Shown here: piece by piece, positions 36,029-44,895 of the stretch
Numbering within the stretch: position 1 is the stretch's first letter
Layout: every line of letters starts with the position of its first letter
Assembly: GCA_963643715.1 (NCBI GenBank)
Contig: CAVILQ010000004.1
Location: forward strand, 10,955 to 74,954
Length of the DNA: 64,000 nucleotides
Source: a bacterium
GTDB lineage: Bacteria; Bacillota_I; Bacilli_A; RFN20; CAG-288
Reading direction: 5' to 3'
Notes under the pieces: generated by a model
The model's input: only the letters and a program-made list of their open reading frames with translations
What the model was told of the DNA's origin: nothing
Databases searched by the model: none
Position numbers and translations under genes: made by a program

Positions 36029-36031
36029 ATT

Positions 36032-37099
36032 ATGACTCACTCTAACGCAATGGAAATGGATGCGTTAAAGGGGTCAAAGGCAAAATCAATCGCGAAACGA
36101 TATGGAACGGCGCTGCTTTTTCTAGCGCCGTTCCTTGTCGCGTTTATTTGCTTCTTCATCATTCCTTTGATTTACGGAATAAAGATTTCACTTACAAACT
36201 TCCGTTTTTCTGCTCCAGGCGAAGCAAAATACAATGCCTTTTACTGGTACCGCGTCCTCTTCGGAGATCCGAAAATCAGTGTTGCTGCAAAGCTTTCCGC
36301 CAATTTCTGGAAGTCTTTTGCAAACTCTTTCTTCTTCTCTATCGTGATGGTTCCTATCGCTGTCTTTCTCCCTTTGGGCTTAGCCATCTTAGTCAACATA
36401 AAGCCTCCGGGATATAAGATCTTCCGTGCAATGATCTATTTGCCTTCCATCGTTCCTCTTACGGCTGCCGGTACTATCTTCATGCTCTTCTTCATGGATA
36501 GGAACAGCCATGGACTCTTCAACGAATTCTTCAATACGAACATTCGATTCTTCGATGATATCTGGTTCAGTTTCAATATTGGAAAATATACGGTCGAGGT
36601 TCCTTATGCTTGGATTCCGATTTTCTTAATGTGTCTCTGGGGTGGATGGGGAGGAAACTTCATCATTCTCTCAGCTGGACTTCAGAATGTTCCGAAATCT
36701 TTGTATGAGGCTGCTTCCATGGATGGCTGCTCCTCTTTGAAGAAAGTCGGAGCTGTCACGATTCCTGGTATCAAAGGCCAGCTTGTTCTTTGCCTCTTCA
36801 CCACTATTATCGGCTATTTAGGACTTTATGGACAGAACTATGTTCTCTCTGGCGGTGGACCGAAAGCGACAACGCTTCCGGGCTCTGGTCAGACTTCGAC
36901 TGTCATCTACTTCATTCAGGATATTGTCGCCAATAACGCAAACTTCAAAGAGACTATCTATGGATTAGGTGCTGCGGCATCCATCGTTTATGCTATCTTA
37001 GTCGGGCTTATCTCTGGCTTCCAGATGTGGTGCACAAGGGATAGAAAGTCAGGAAACAAACATTCGGAGGAATACAAAAAATGGCAACGTATAAGCTAA
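36032..37099 (+). CDS. Sugar ABC transporter permease (MalF/UgpA-like)
   Basis: 6 TM segments. EAA loop LYEAASMDGCSSLKKVGAVTIPGIKG. Confidence 0.9.
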   Translation: MTHSNAMEMDALKGSKAKSIAKRYGTALLFLAPFLVAFICFFIIPLIYGIKISLTNFRFSAPGEAKYNAFYWYRVLFGDPKISVAAKLSANFWKSFANSFFFSIVMVPIAVFLPLGLAILVNIKPPGYKIFRAMIYLPSIVPLTAAGTIFMLFFMDRNSHGLFNEFFNTNIRFFDDIWFSFNIGKYTVEVPYAWIPIFLMCLWGGWGGNFIILSAGLQNVPKSLYEAASMDGCSSLKKVGAVTIPGIKGQLVLCLFTTIIGYLGLYGQNYVLSGGGPKATTLPGSGQTSTVIYFIQDIVANNANFKETIYGLGAAASIVYAILVGLISGFQMWCTRDRKSGNKHSEEYKKWQRIS

Positions 37100-38025
37100 C
37101 CACCGAACAGTATGTTGGCTCCTTGAAGGCAAAAGAAACCAAAAAGAGAGCCGTTCCTACTTCCAAGATTGTTTCCTTTGTTGTTCTACTTGTCTTCTGT
37201 GTCATCTGGGTTATGCCTTTTGTCATCATGGCATGCGGTTCGTTAAGAGGACACAACGACACGACATTCTATCCGAAAGAACTCTTCTATCCGCATTCCG
37301 GTTACACTTTAGAAAACTATAAGATTCTTTTGTTGGGTGAATACCCAGAAGGAATCATTCACAACTCTACTGTCGATTACGATATCGGACGATGGTTTCT
37401 TAACTCCTGCATCTCTGCTATTGGTGGAACTGTCTTATACCTTCTTGTTGCTTCATTAGCCGCCTATGCCTTTACCTTCATTGACTTCCGCTTCCGCAAT
37501 CTCCTCTTTGCCATCATTGTCGCAACAATGGTCATCCCTGGAACAGCGACAGCGGTCGGTAACCAGGTCAACATCTTCAAAGTCGGTCTCAACAAATCCT
37601 ATCTAGCCTTGATTCTTCCGGGTTTAGGTGGAGTATACGGCATGTATTTGATCCGAACCTTCTTCTCTTCGATCCCTAAGGATCTGATTGAGTCGGCAAA
37701 GATGGATGGCTATTCGAACCTTAAAATCTATACAAGAATCGTACTTCCGTTAGGAAAGACTGTTCTCTTCGTTCAAGGCTTATTTGGCTTTATGGGCGGA
37801 TGGAATGACTTGGTCTGGCCACAGATGCTATACGGTGTCAAAGATTCTAAGCTATGGACACTACAGGTCGGTATGGCCTATATCATCAATAACTCGAAGA
37901 CATCTGATTTGATCGGCACAGCCTTAGCAGGCGGTGTCATCTGCTTACTTCCTGTGTTTGTCATGTATCTGATCGCTGCAAATAAGATCATCGAAGGTAT
38001 GGCAAGCGCTGGCATCAAACGTTAA
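37081..38025 (+). CDS. Sugar ABC transporter permease (MalG/UgpE-like)
   Basis: EAA loop LIESAKMDGYSNLKIYTRIVLPLGK. GGAGG upstream. Overlaps the preceding permease gene by 19 nt. Confidence 0.9.
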   Translation: MATYKLTTEQYVGSLKAKETKKRAVPTSKIVSFVVLLVFCVIWVMPFVIMACGSLRGHNDTTFYPKELFYPHSGYTLENYKILLLGEYPEGIIHNSTVDYDIGRWFLNSCISAIGGTVLYLLVASLAAYAFTFIDFRFRNLLFAIIVATMVIPGTATAVGNQVNIFKVGLNKSYLALILPGLGGVYGMYLIRTFFSSIPKDLIESAKMDGYSNLKIYTRIVLPLGKTVLFVQGLFGFMGGWNDLVWPQMLYGVKDSKLWTLQVGMAYIINNSKTSDLIGTALAGGVICLLPVFVMYLIAANKIIEGMASAGIKR

Positions 38026-38034
38026 GGAGAACTT

Positions 38035-39792
38035 ATGCGCAACGAATATCCACGCCCTGATTTCAAAGGGGAATCCTTCTATAGCCTGAATGGACAATGG
38101 GATTTTGATTTTGATGATTTCAATATCGGAACAAAAGAACATTGGTTTCTGAATCATTCTTATAGTCATAAAATTGAAGTTCCTTTTTGCTTCCAGTCAG
38201 AACTATCCGGAATTCATGATACGTCCTTCCACGATTACATGTGGTATCATAGGACTTTCACGAAACCGGAGATGAAAGATGACGAAAGGCTTTTGATTCA
38301 CTTTGAGGGCGTGGATTATCTTGCTATCTGTTATGTCAATGGTTTCAAAGTAGGAGAGCATACAGGCTCAAATGGCGGATTTGTTCTCGATGTCACGGAT
38401 TACATCAAGGAAGGAGAGAATGAACTTGTCCTTTCTTGCTTTGATCCAAGTCAGGACCGTTCTATTCCAAGAGGAAAACAGGATTGGGAAGAAAAAAGTC
38501 ATGCCATCTTCTACACAAGAACAAGCGGCATCTATAAATCCGTATGGATGGAAGTAGTCAATGAAAAAAGAATCTCTTCTTTCTATCTGACAACGACATT
38601 AGATAAGTATACATTGCGCTTTGATGTGAAACTGACTACAGATGAAGGAACTCTGTCTTTTCTTATCAAGAATGATAATGATGAAAAAGAGTTCACATTC
38701 AATGTCGATAAGAAGAAAAAACAGTTTGTCATTTCTCTTCCGAATGATTTTGTCAATGAGAGAATATGGAGCTTTGAACATCCCTTCCTCTTCGATTTAA
38801 CCATGACTCTTAAGGATAAGGACGGGAAAGTCACACATAAAGTCTCTTCCTATTTCGGTTTCCGTGAAGTCGGAACAAAAGATGGATATGTGACAATCAA
38901 TCAGGCTCCTGTTTATCTTAAACTCGTTCTGAATCAAGGCTATTATCCAAAAGGCCTTCTCACTGCCAAATCCATCGAAGAGATGGAAAATGACATCATG
39001 ATGATGAAAGAGATGGGCTTCAATGGATGTCGAATTCATCAGAAATGCGAAGATCCTTACTTCCTCTATCTTGCCGATAAGATGGGATTCTATGTCTTCC
39101 AGGAATGTGCATCCAATTACGGATATGATAAAGATTCTCCGCGCAGAATGCTCAATGAATGGATCGACATCGTAAAGAACAACTATAATCATCCATCCAT
39201 TATCGGTTACACACCGCTGAATGAGTCCTGGGGCGTGGAAGGCATTCCCTATGATAAAGAGATACAATCCTTTGCCTTGTCACTCTATGATTTGATTCAT
39301 TCATTGGATTCCACCAGACTTGTCATTTCAAATGATGGCTGGGAACAGTGTAAGAGTGATCTTATCACAGTTCATAATTACGGACACGGAAAAGAAGGGG
39401 ATGATGAAACCTATCATGCATTCAAAAAAGCCCTGAAGACAAGAAAGAGCATCCTCAATTACGATAACATCCGTAGATTCATCCTGAATCCTGGTTATGA
39501 GGATGAAGGTCAGCCGATCTTGTTAAGTGAGTTCGGTGGCATTGCCTTCAACAAGGATACTGGAGATGGAAATGCATGGGGCTATACGACATGCAAAGAC
39601 GAAAAAGATTATGTCAAGGAACTTACTCGAATCTACAAGGCGATTGAAGAATCTGACTGCATCGTCGGAATCTGTTATACACAGCTTACCGATGTAGAGC
39701 AGGAAGTCAATGGATTATTGACGTTTGATAGACAATACAAGGTTGATCCGAAAGAAATACGGGCTTTGAACGATAAGCTCGTCATTAAATAA
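38035..39792 (+). CDS. Glycoside hydrolase family 2 (cytoplasmic; beta-galactosidase/glucuronidase-like fold)
   Basis: No signal peptide. EYPRPDFKGESFYSLNGQWDFDF and HFEGVDYLAICYVNGFKVGEHTGSNGGFVLDVTDYI (sugar-binding domain). NHPSIIGYTPLNESWG (acid/base NE) and ILLSEFGG (nucleophile E). Confidence 0.8.
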   Translation: MRNEYPRPDFKGESFYSLNGQWDFDFDDFNIGTKEHWFLNHSYSHKIEVPFCFQSELSGIHDTSFHDYMWYHRTFTKPEMKDDERLLIHFEGVDYLAICYVNGFKVGEHTGSNGGFVLDVTDYIKEGENELVLSCFDPSQDRSIPRGKQDWEEKSHAIFYTRTSGIYKSVWMEVVNEKRISSFYLTTTLDKYTLRFDVKLTTDEGTLSFLIKNDNDEKEFTFNVDKKKKQFVISLPNDFVNERIWSFEHPFLFDLTMTLKDKDGKVTHKVSSYFGFREVGTKDGYVTINQAPVYLKLVLNQGYYPKGLLTAKSIEEMENDIMMMKEMGFNGCRIHQKCEDPYFLYLADKMGFYVFQECASNYGYDKDSPRRMLNEWIDIVKNNYNHPSIIGYTPLNESWGVEGIPYDKEIQSFALSLYDLIHSLDSTRLVISNDGWEQCKSDLITVHNYGHGKEGDDETYHAFKKALKTRKSILNYDNIRRFILNPGYEDEGQPILLSEFGGIAFNKDTGDGNAWGYTTCKDEKDYVKELTRIYKAIEESDCIVGICYTQLTDVEQEVNGLLTFDRQYKVDPKEIRALNDKLVIK

Positions 39793-39802
39793 GGAGGCAT
39801 TT

Positions 39803-41893
39803 ATGAATAACGCCATGCAGGAAAAAGAAGAATTCAAGACCGTGGACGGAAACATCATCAATGAGAATGTGAAGTCCTTTGTCGAATTGAAGGATATCAA
39901 CAAAATCTATCCGAATGGTATTCAGGCGGTCTATGATTTCAATATCAAGATTCAACCCAAGGACTTCATCGTCCTTGTCGGCCCTTCCGGATGCGGAAAG
40001 TCGACAACGCTCCGTATGATCGCTGGCCTAGAGGATATCTCTTCTGGTTCTTTATACATCGGAAAAGTCTTATCGAACTATGTTCCGAGCAAGAATAGAG
40101 ATATCTCCATGGTTTTCCAGTCCTATGCCCTTTATCCTCAGATGACAGTCTATGAAAACATCGCCTTCCCTCTTAAGGTTAGATCCTATGATAAAATTCG
40201 CCAAGCAGAGAAACAGCTTGATAAGAGAGATGTGGAAAAACTTTATGAAGATCCACAGGCGGTTTATGATGCCTACATGGAAAGCATCGACAATAAGGTG
40301 AAAGCGTCAAAAGCCTATATCTACTGTGCTACGAAACTTCATGTTCGTGACTCAGCGATGAAATTGGTCTTAAAGCCAGCGCCGAAATCCGCTGATGACA
40401 TCGTCAGCAGGAAAGACGCTATCTTATCCTTACTCGATACGAAAATCGAGAATGAAAAAGCAAATATCGAGAAAAAAGGTTGGACTATCGATCCTGAGAC
40501 CTTACAGTGTCTTGATGAAAACAAAAATCCAGTCCATTACAAGAGAAGACTTACTTCTGTCGAAATCCGTCAGAAGGTCTTTGAAGCTGCCAAGATTCTC
40601 GATCTTGGTCCCTATCTGGATAGAAAGCCAAAGGAACTCTCCGGTGGTCAGATGCAGCGTGTCGCCTTAGGAAGAGCTATCGTCAGAAACGCAAAACTCT
40701 TCTTGATGGATGAACCGCTATCCAACCTGGATGCCAAACTCAGAGTTCAGATGAGAAGTGAGATTGTCCGTATCCATGAGCAGATCGGAGCTACCACTAT
40801 CTATGTCACTCATGATCAGACTGAAGCCATGACCATGGCGACGAGAATCGCTGTCATGTCCAAAGGATGGGTGCAGCAGATTGATGAACCGAGTGTCATC
40901 TATAATCATCCGAACAATATCTTCGTTGCGACATTTATCGGTTCTCCGGCTATGAACATCCTTGAGGGAACTTATGACAATGGTTATCTTGTATTTGATA
41001 ACGGTTATCGAATCAAATTGTCCGATGACTACAAGAGAGTCCATGATGATTTCTATAAGAGAAAAATTGCTCAGACCAAACAGCTTCTCAATAAGCCAGC
41101 GGTCAGGAAGATGGAAGGAATCATCTATCTTGATAAACTGAAGACAGATATCCTTTCGGACAGAAAAGAGAAAGTAGCTTTTGCCCTTTCCAAGGAAGAA
41201 CAGGATTGCCTTGACCATATCAAGAGAATCGGAGAAGAAATCTCTGATACCGATGAAGATGGAAAGATTATTCTCTCCGCCATCGAATCGATGAATGTTA
41301 CTGATCTAAAGAGCGTTAAGATGGCAATTGAAACCATTCATCATGCTTTGTATAACCTCAAAGGCATTACGAGCAAGGAACTTTCCATCCTTCATAATGT
41401 TCAGGCTTTCAGCAAGACAAAGAAGGATAATGGTGGAAAAGAAGAAGTTCTCTTCTACAACAAGAGACACGGAAAAGCCAAGAAGGCTGTGTCTGGCTAT
41501 AAGAATGTCATCCATATGAAGGATAGCTCTATCGTTTTGACAAACAATCTCTTTATCACATTGAATGACCTTCTCTCACGTTATGAATATGCCTTAGAGA
41601 AGCCCCACAGCGTCCGCGTTGGCATCCGTCCGGAACATATCCATCTTGATAACGAATATCATGATGCCTTAAAGAGTGATCCATTCGCCTGTAAGAGTGA
41701 GGTCGTTGAACTTCTCGGCAGTGAGCTACTTCTCCATACCACATTTGAAGGTAAGGAGATGATTGCTAAGATTTCGACTGGAACTCTAGTGAAACCGCAT
41801 GAGGAAGTCAATCTCAGTTTTGATACCTCCAAGGTTTTGGTCTTTGATGTCAACAGCGGTGATACGATTGCTGATTGGGTGAAAGCAGATTAG
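39803..41893 (+). CDS. MsmK/UgpC/MalK-type sugar ABC ATPase, 696 aa, with two large insertions
   Basis: Walker [13 protein letters not shown]-loop MVFQSYALYPQMTV, signature LSGGQMQRVALGRA, Walker B LFLMDEPLSNLDA, H-loop YVTHDQ, and C-terminal TOBE-like strands (VRVGIRPEHIHL ... VVELLGSELLLHT ... LVFDVNSGDTI). It is about twice the ~370 aa I recall as usual for this family. Confidence 0.9.
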   Translation: MNNAMQEKEEFKTVDGNIINENVKSFVELKDINKIYPNGIQAVYDFNIKIQPKDFIVLVGPSGCGKSTTLRMIAGLEDISSGSLYIGKVLSNYVPSKNRDISMVFQSYALYPQMTVYENIAFPLKVRSYDKIRQAEKQLDKRDVEKLYEDPQAVYDAYMESIDNKVKASKAYIYCATKLHVRDSAMKLVLKPAPKSADDIVSRKDAILSLLDTKIENEKANIEKKGWTIDPETLQCLDENKNPVHYKRRLTSVEIRQKVFEAAKILDLGPYLDRKPKELSGGQMQRVALGRAIVRNAKLFLMDEPLSNLDAKLRVQMRSEIVRIHEQIGATTIYVTHDQTEAMTMATRIAVMSKGWVQQIDEPSVIYNHPNNIFVATFIGSPAMNILEGTYDNGYLVFDNGYRIKLSDDYKRVHDDFYKRKIAQTKQLLNKPAVRKMEGIIYLDKLKTDILSDRKEKVAFALSKEEQDCLDHIKRIGEEISDTDEDGKIILSAIESMNVTDLKSVKMAIETIHHALYNLKGITSKELSILHNVQAFSKTKKDNGGKEEVLFYNKRHGKAKKAVSGYKNVIHMKDSSIVLTNNLFITLNDLLSRYEYALEKPHSVRVGIRPEHIHLDNEYHDALKSDPFACKSEVVELLGSELLLHTTFEGKEMIAKISTGTLVKPHEEVNLSFDTSKVLVFDVNSGDTIADWVKAD

Positions 41894-41904
41894 GAGGAAT
41901 CAAA

Positions 41905-43074
41905 ATGAAAAAAAGTGTACTTATGTTATCTCTGCTTGCTATGCTGACAGGCTGTGGAACTACCATTGAGAAGAAGAGTGAAGAGACAAACACTGAAACG
42001 TCGGTTGTTGAATCGGAGAATAAGACAGAAGAGATTGAACTAGTCTCTTCCATTTACTCCAATCCTGTTATGGTCACTTCCAATAGCGGGGCCATGTTCA
42101 ATACGGAAGTTGCTGATCCCTCTGTTGTAAGAGACCCGGATACTGGAGAATTCTATTGCTTCTCGACAGACCGCGTCATGCTTCATAGCGAAGACGGCTG
42201 TAACTGGGAAGTCTATGCACAGGGCGATAATGTCATCAATTTCCCGACTTGGGGTGAAGAAGTACAGCCTGGAAAGAGCGTCAATCTTTGGGCGCCGGAT
42301 GTTCAGAAAATCGGTGACACCTGGTATTACTTCTATTCGCTTTCAGGATGGGGATCCTGCTGTGGAATCGGTTATGGAACAAGTGACAATATCGCTGGTC
42401 CTTATGTGGATCAGGGTAAGCTTTTCAGTTATACGGAAATCGGAATCGATAATGCAATCGATCCTAACGTCATCGTCGAGGAAGAGACAGGCGATATTTA
42501 TATGACTGTCGGTTCCTTCCAGGGCGAATATATTGTCCAACTCAATCAGGAAGATGATGGAACCATCACTCTTTTTGGCGGCTTGGATTATCAGAATGAC
42601 AATAAGGTGTTGATCGGCGGAAGACCTTCTTCCTGGGATGGAAGCCAGTATGAAGGCGGCTACATCATCAAGAAGGGAGAATATTATTATTACTTCGGTT
42701 CTTCTGGCACCTGCTGTGAAGGCAAGAATTCAACCTATCGTGTCATGTGTGGAAGAAGCAAGAGCATCACAGGACCTTATCTCGACCCGAGTAATTATCC
42801 GCTCACTCAATCCGGCGGGGGAACGACAAAGGGCAAGCTTGTCCTTTGGGCTGGCGTTGGTAATGAGAACATCGCTGGATGTGGTCACAATTCCATCATT
42901 GTCGATGATGCCGGCGATTACTGGATCTATTATCATTCCTATTCCAAGAATGATACCTTTGGAACAAGACATCTCTTTATGGATAAGTTGCTTTGGGATG
43001 ATCAGGGCTTCCCTTACGTCAATACGGGAAAACCTTCCTTTGATACTGAATTGGATGGACCTAGATTAAAATGA
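41905..43074 (+). CDS. Lipoprotein GH43 (single five-bladed propeller, arabinanase/xylosidase-like)
   Basis: Start MKKSVLMLSLLAMLTGCG at 41905, with AGGAGG upstream. ADPSVVRDPDTGEFYCFST, NLWAPDVQKIGDTWYYFYS, IDPNVIVEE and YEGGYIIKKGEYYYYFGS. Confidence 0.85.
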   Translation: MKKSVLMLSLLAMLTGCGTTIEKKSEETNTETSVVESENKTEEIELVSSIYSNPVMVTSNSGAMFNTEVADPSVVRDPDTGEFYCFSTDRVMLHSEDGCNWEVYAQGDNVINFPTWGEEVQPGKSVNLWAPDVQKIGDTWYYFYSLSGWGSCCGIGYGTSDNIAGPYVDQGKLFSYTEIGIDNAIDPNVIVEEETGDIYMTVGSFQGEYIVQLNQEDDGTITLFGGLDYQNDNKVLIGGRPSSWDGSQYEGGYIIKKGEYYYYFGSSGTCCEGKNSTYRVMCGRSKSITGPYLDPSNYPLTQSGGGTTKGKLVLWAGVGNENIAGCGHNSIIVDDAGDYWIYYHSYSKNDTFGTRHLFMDKLLWDDQGFPYVNTGKPSFDTELDGPRLK

Positions 43075-44879
43075 AAAACTCAAAGCGGAAATTTCTTCTT
43101 TTTGTTCTTCCTCTATTGCTAGTTGGATGCGGATTGAAGCCGAATACGGAAACAACAGGAACTAATACAGAATTGAAGCCGAATACGGAAACAACAGGAA
43201 CTAATACAGATACGTATATACCGGAGAAAGCCACAATTGCAGAAGGCGATAAGGTCAAGCCCGATGAGAGTGACTTTTCCTATATCGACCATGCTTTAGA
43301 TACAAGCAGCAAAGCTTCGTTTGATAAGACGATGTGGTATCGAAATGACCTCGGCAGTGTCAATCTTCCTGATCCGGATGTCATCGAAGGGCAGGACGGA
43401 AAGTACTATGTCTATGGAACCACAGATAGAACCGGTTCCCAAGGCTTTGACTGCTATGATACGAGTGATTTCAACACCTTTAATGTTCATCTTGATATCT
43501 ATCCGAAACCGAGCAATCATTGGGCTACAGGTGGAGCGATGTTCGCTCCGGAAATCCGCTATATCGATGGGACGTATTATCTCTATTATTCGGACTCTTC
43601 TAAATCAACCGGAAGAAGAAGCATTACCGTTTTGACTTCGGATAGTCCCGCTGGTCCTTTTGTAGACTATGTAGGAAAAGATGCGAACGGGAATGATCTC
43701 GATGGCACAGAGGAAGCAATCTTCAAGTGCATCGATGATGAGGTCGGACTAGACGTCCTCGACCAGACTGTCTTTACGGATGATGACGGACAAAGCTATA
43801 TGTTCTGGTCCGTTTATCAAAGCGGTGTCATGCAGTACATCAAGGGAGCGAAGATGCTCGATCCTGTCACATTGGATATGTCGACTTCTATCACCTTGGT
43901 CGTACCTGGTGCACCTAGTGTAGCCTATTCATCATTGACTTCTCTTAGCTGGGAAGCGTATCAAGGATTCCGCGTTGCAGAAGGCCCTTATATGATCAAG
44001 TCACCGGTAAACGGGAAATACTATCTTACATATTCTGTGAATCATTATCCGGATCGTTATTATTCTGTCTGCTATGCGGTAAGCGATACACCTTTAGGAA
44101 ATTATTCAAAACCGTATGATAGAACGAGAATGTGGGAACCAAAGGATAAGATGGATACCGACCACCAGTGGACGAATGTCGTCTTAGGCTATGCAGGTGG
44201 AATGTCTTCCTCTAAAGTCTATTCTCAGTGGGAAGGATTCATGTCCGGAACAGCACATCATTGCTTCTTTAAAGTCGGTGACCAGTATATGATTGGTTAT
44301 CATGCACATAAGAATAGAAATGACTCGAGTAGTGGAAGAGCCTTCGGTTTTGATTATCTCTATTTTGATCAGGCAACTGGTGCTCCTTATGCCAAAGGAC
44401 CGACCTATTCGATTCAGCCATTGCCGGAAGCCATCAGCGGATATAAGAACATCGCCTATAGAAAGAAAGTGATTACGGAGAATGTTATAAATGACGAGTA
44501 CATCAACGATAACTTTATCGTTGAACATTACAATCTCACTCAGGAATCATCTCGTGAAGTCAAACTAGGAGAAGGTAAATCCTATATCGAAATCGACTTC
44601 GGTGGAGAATATTCAATCGCTGGTCTTTCCATTTATAATTCCGCCAATTACAACAACTATCTTAGCGATATCTCGTTCATCTCATTCGGAGATGGAAATG
44701 TCATTCTAGACCGTACCTTCCGTGAAAGTGAATATGTCAATGAAGAGACGCTTTTCATCCGTCCCTGCTCCTCTTTTACTTATCAGTTTGATGAGATAAC
44801 AGCAAGCAAGGTCGTTATCGGCTTTGATACAGACGGAGAAAGACAAATCAACGAGATTGAGGTCTACGGACACGAATAA
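43071..44879 (+). CDS. Lipoprotein GH43 with C-terminal F5/8 type C (discoidin/CBM32-like) domain
   Basis: Lipobox LVGC. LPDPDVIEGQDGKYYVYGTT, MFAPEIRYIDGTYYLYYS, LDQTVFTDDDGQSYMFWS and VAEGPYMIKSPVNGKYYLTYS. The C-terminus reads YIEIDFGGEYSIAGLSIYN...INEIEVYGHE. Confidence 0.85.
   Translation: MKNSKRKFLLFVLPLLLVGCGLKPNTETTGTNTELKPNTETTGTNTDTYIPEKATIAEGDKVKPDESDFSYIDHALDTSSKASFDKTMWYRNDLGSVNLPDPDVIEGQDGKYYVYGTTDRTGSQGFDCYDTSDFNTFNVHLDIYPKPSNHWATGGAMFAPEIRYIDGTYYLYYSDSSKSTGRRSITVLTSDSPAGPFVDYVGKDANGNDLDGTEEAIFKCIDDEVGLDVLDQTVFTDDDGQSYMFWSVYQSGVMQYIKGAKMLDPVTLDMSTSITLVVPGAPSVAYSSLTSLSWEAYQGFRVAEGPYMIKSPVNGKYYLTYSVNHYPDRYYSVCYAVSDTPLGNYSKPYDRTRMWEPKDKMDTDHQWTNVVLGYAGGMSSSKVYSQWEGFMSGTAHHCFFKVGDQYMIGYHAHKNRNDSSSGRAFGFDYLYFDQATGAPYAKGPTYSIQPLPEAISGYKNIAYRKKVITENVINDEYINDNFIVEHYNLTQESSREVKLGEGKSYIEIDFGGEYSIAGLSIYNSANYNNYLSDISFISFGDGNVILDRTFRESEYVNEETLFIRPCSSFTYQFDEITASKVVIGFDTDGERQINEIEVYGHE
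43133..43210 (+). repeat. Perfect 39-bp tandem duplication inside the GH43 lipoprotein linker
   Basis: ATTGAAGCCGAATACGGAAACAACAGGAACTAATACAGA occurs at 43133..43171 and again at 43172..43210. It is in frame and encodes LKPNTETTGTNTE/LKPNTETTGTNTD. Confidence 0.95.
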
Positions 44880-44895
44880 AGACTGAGGTAATCAT

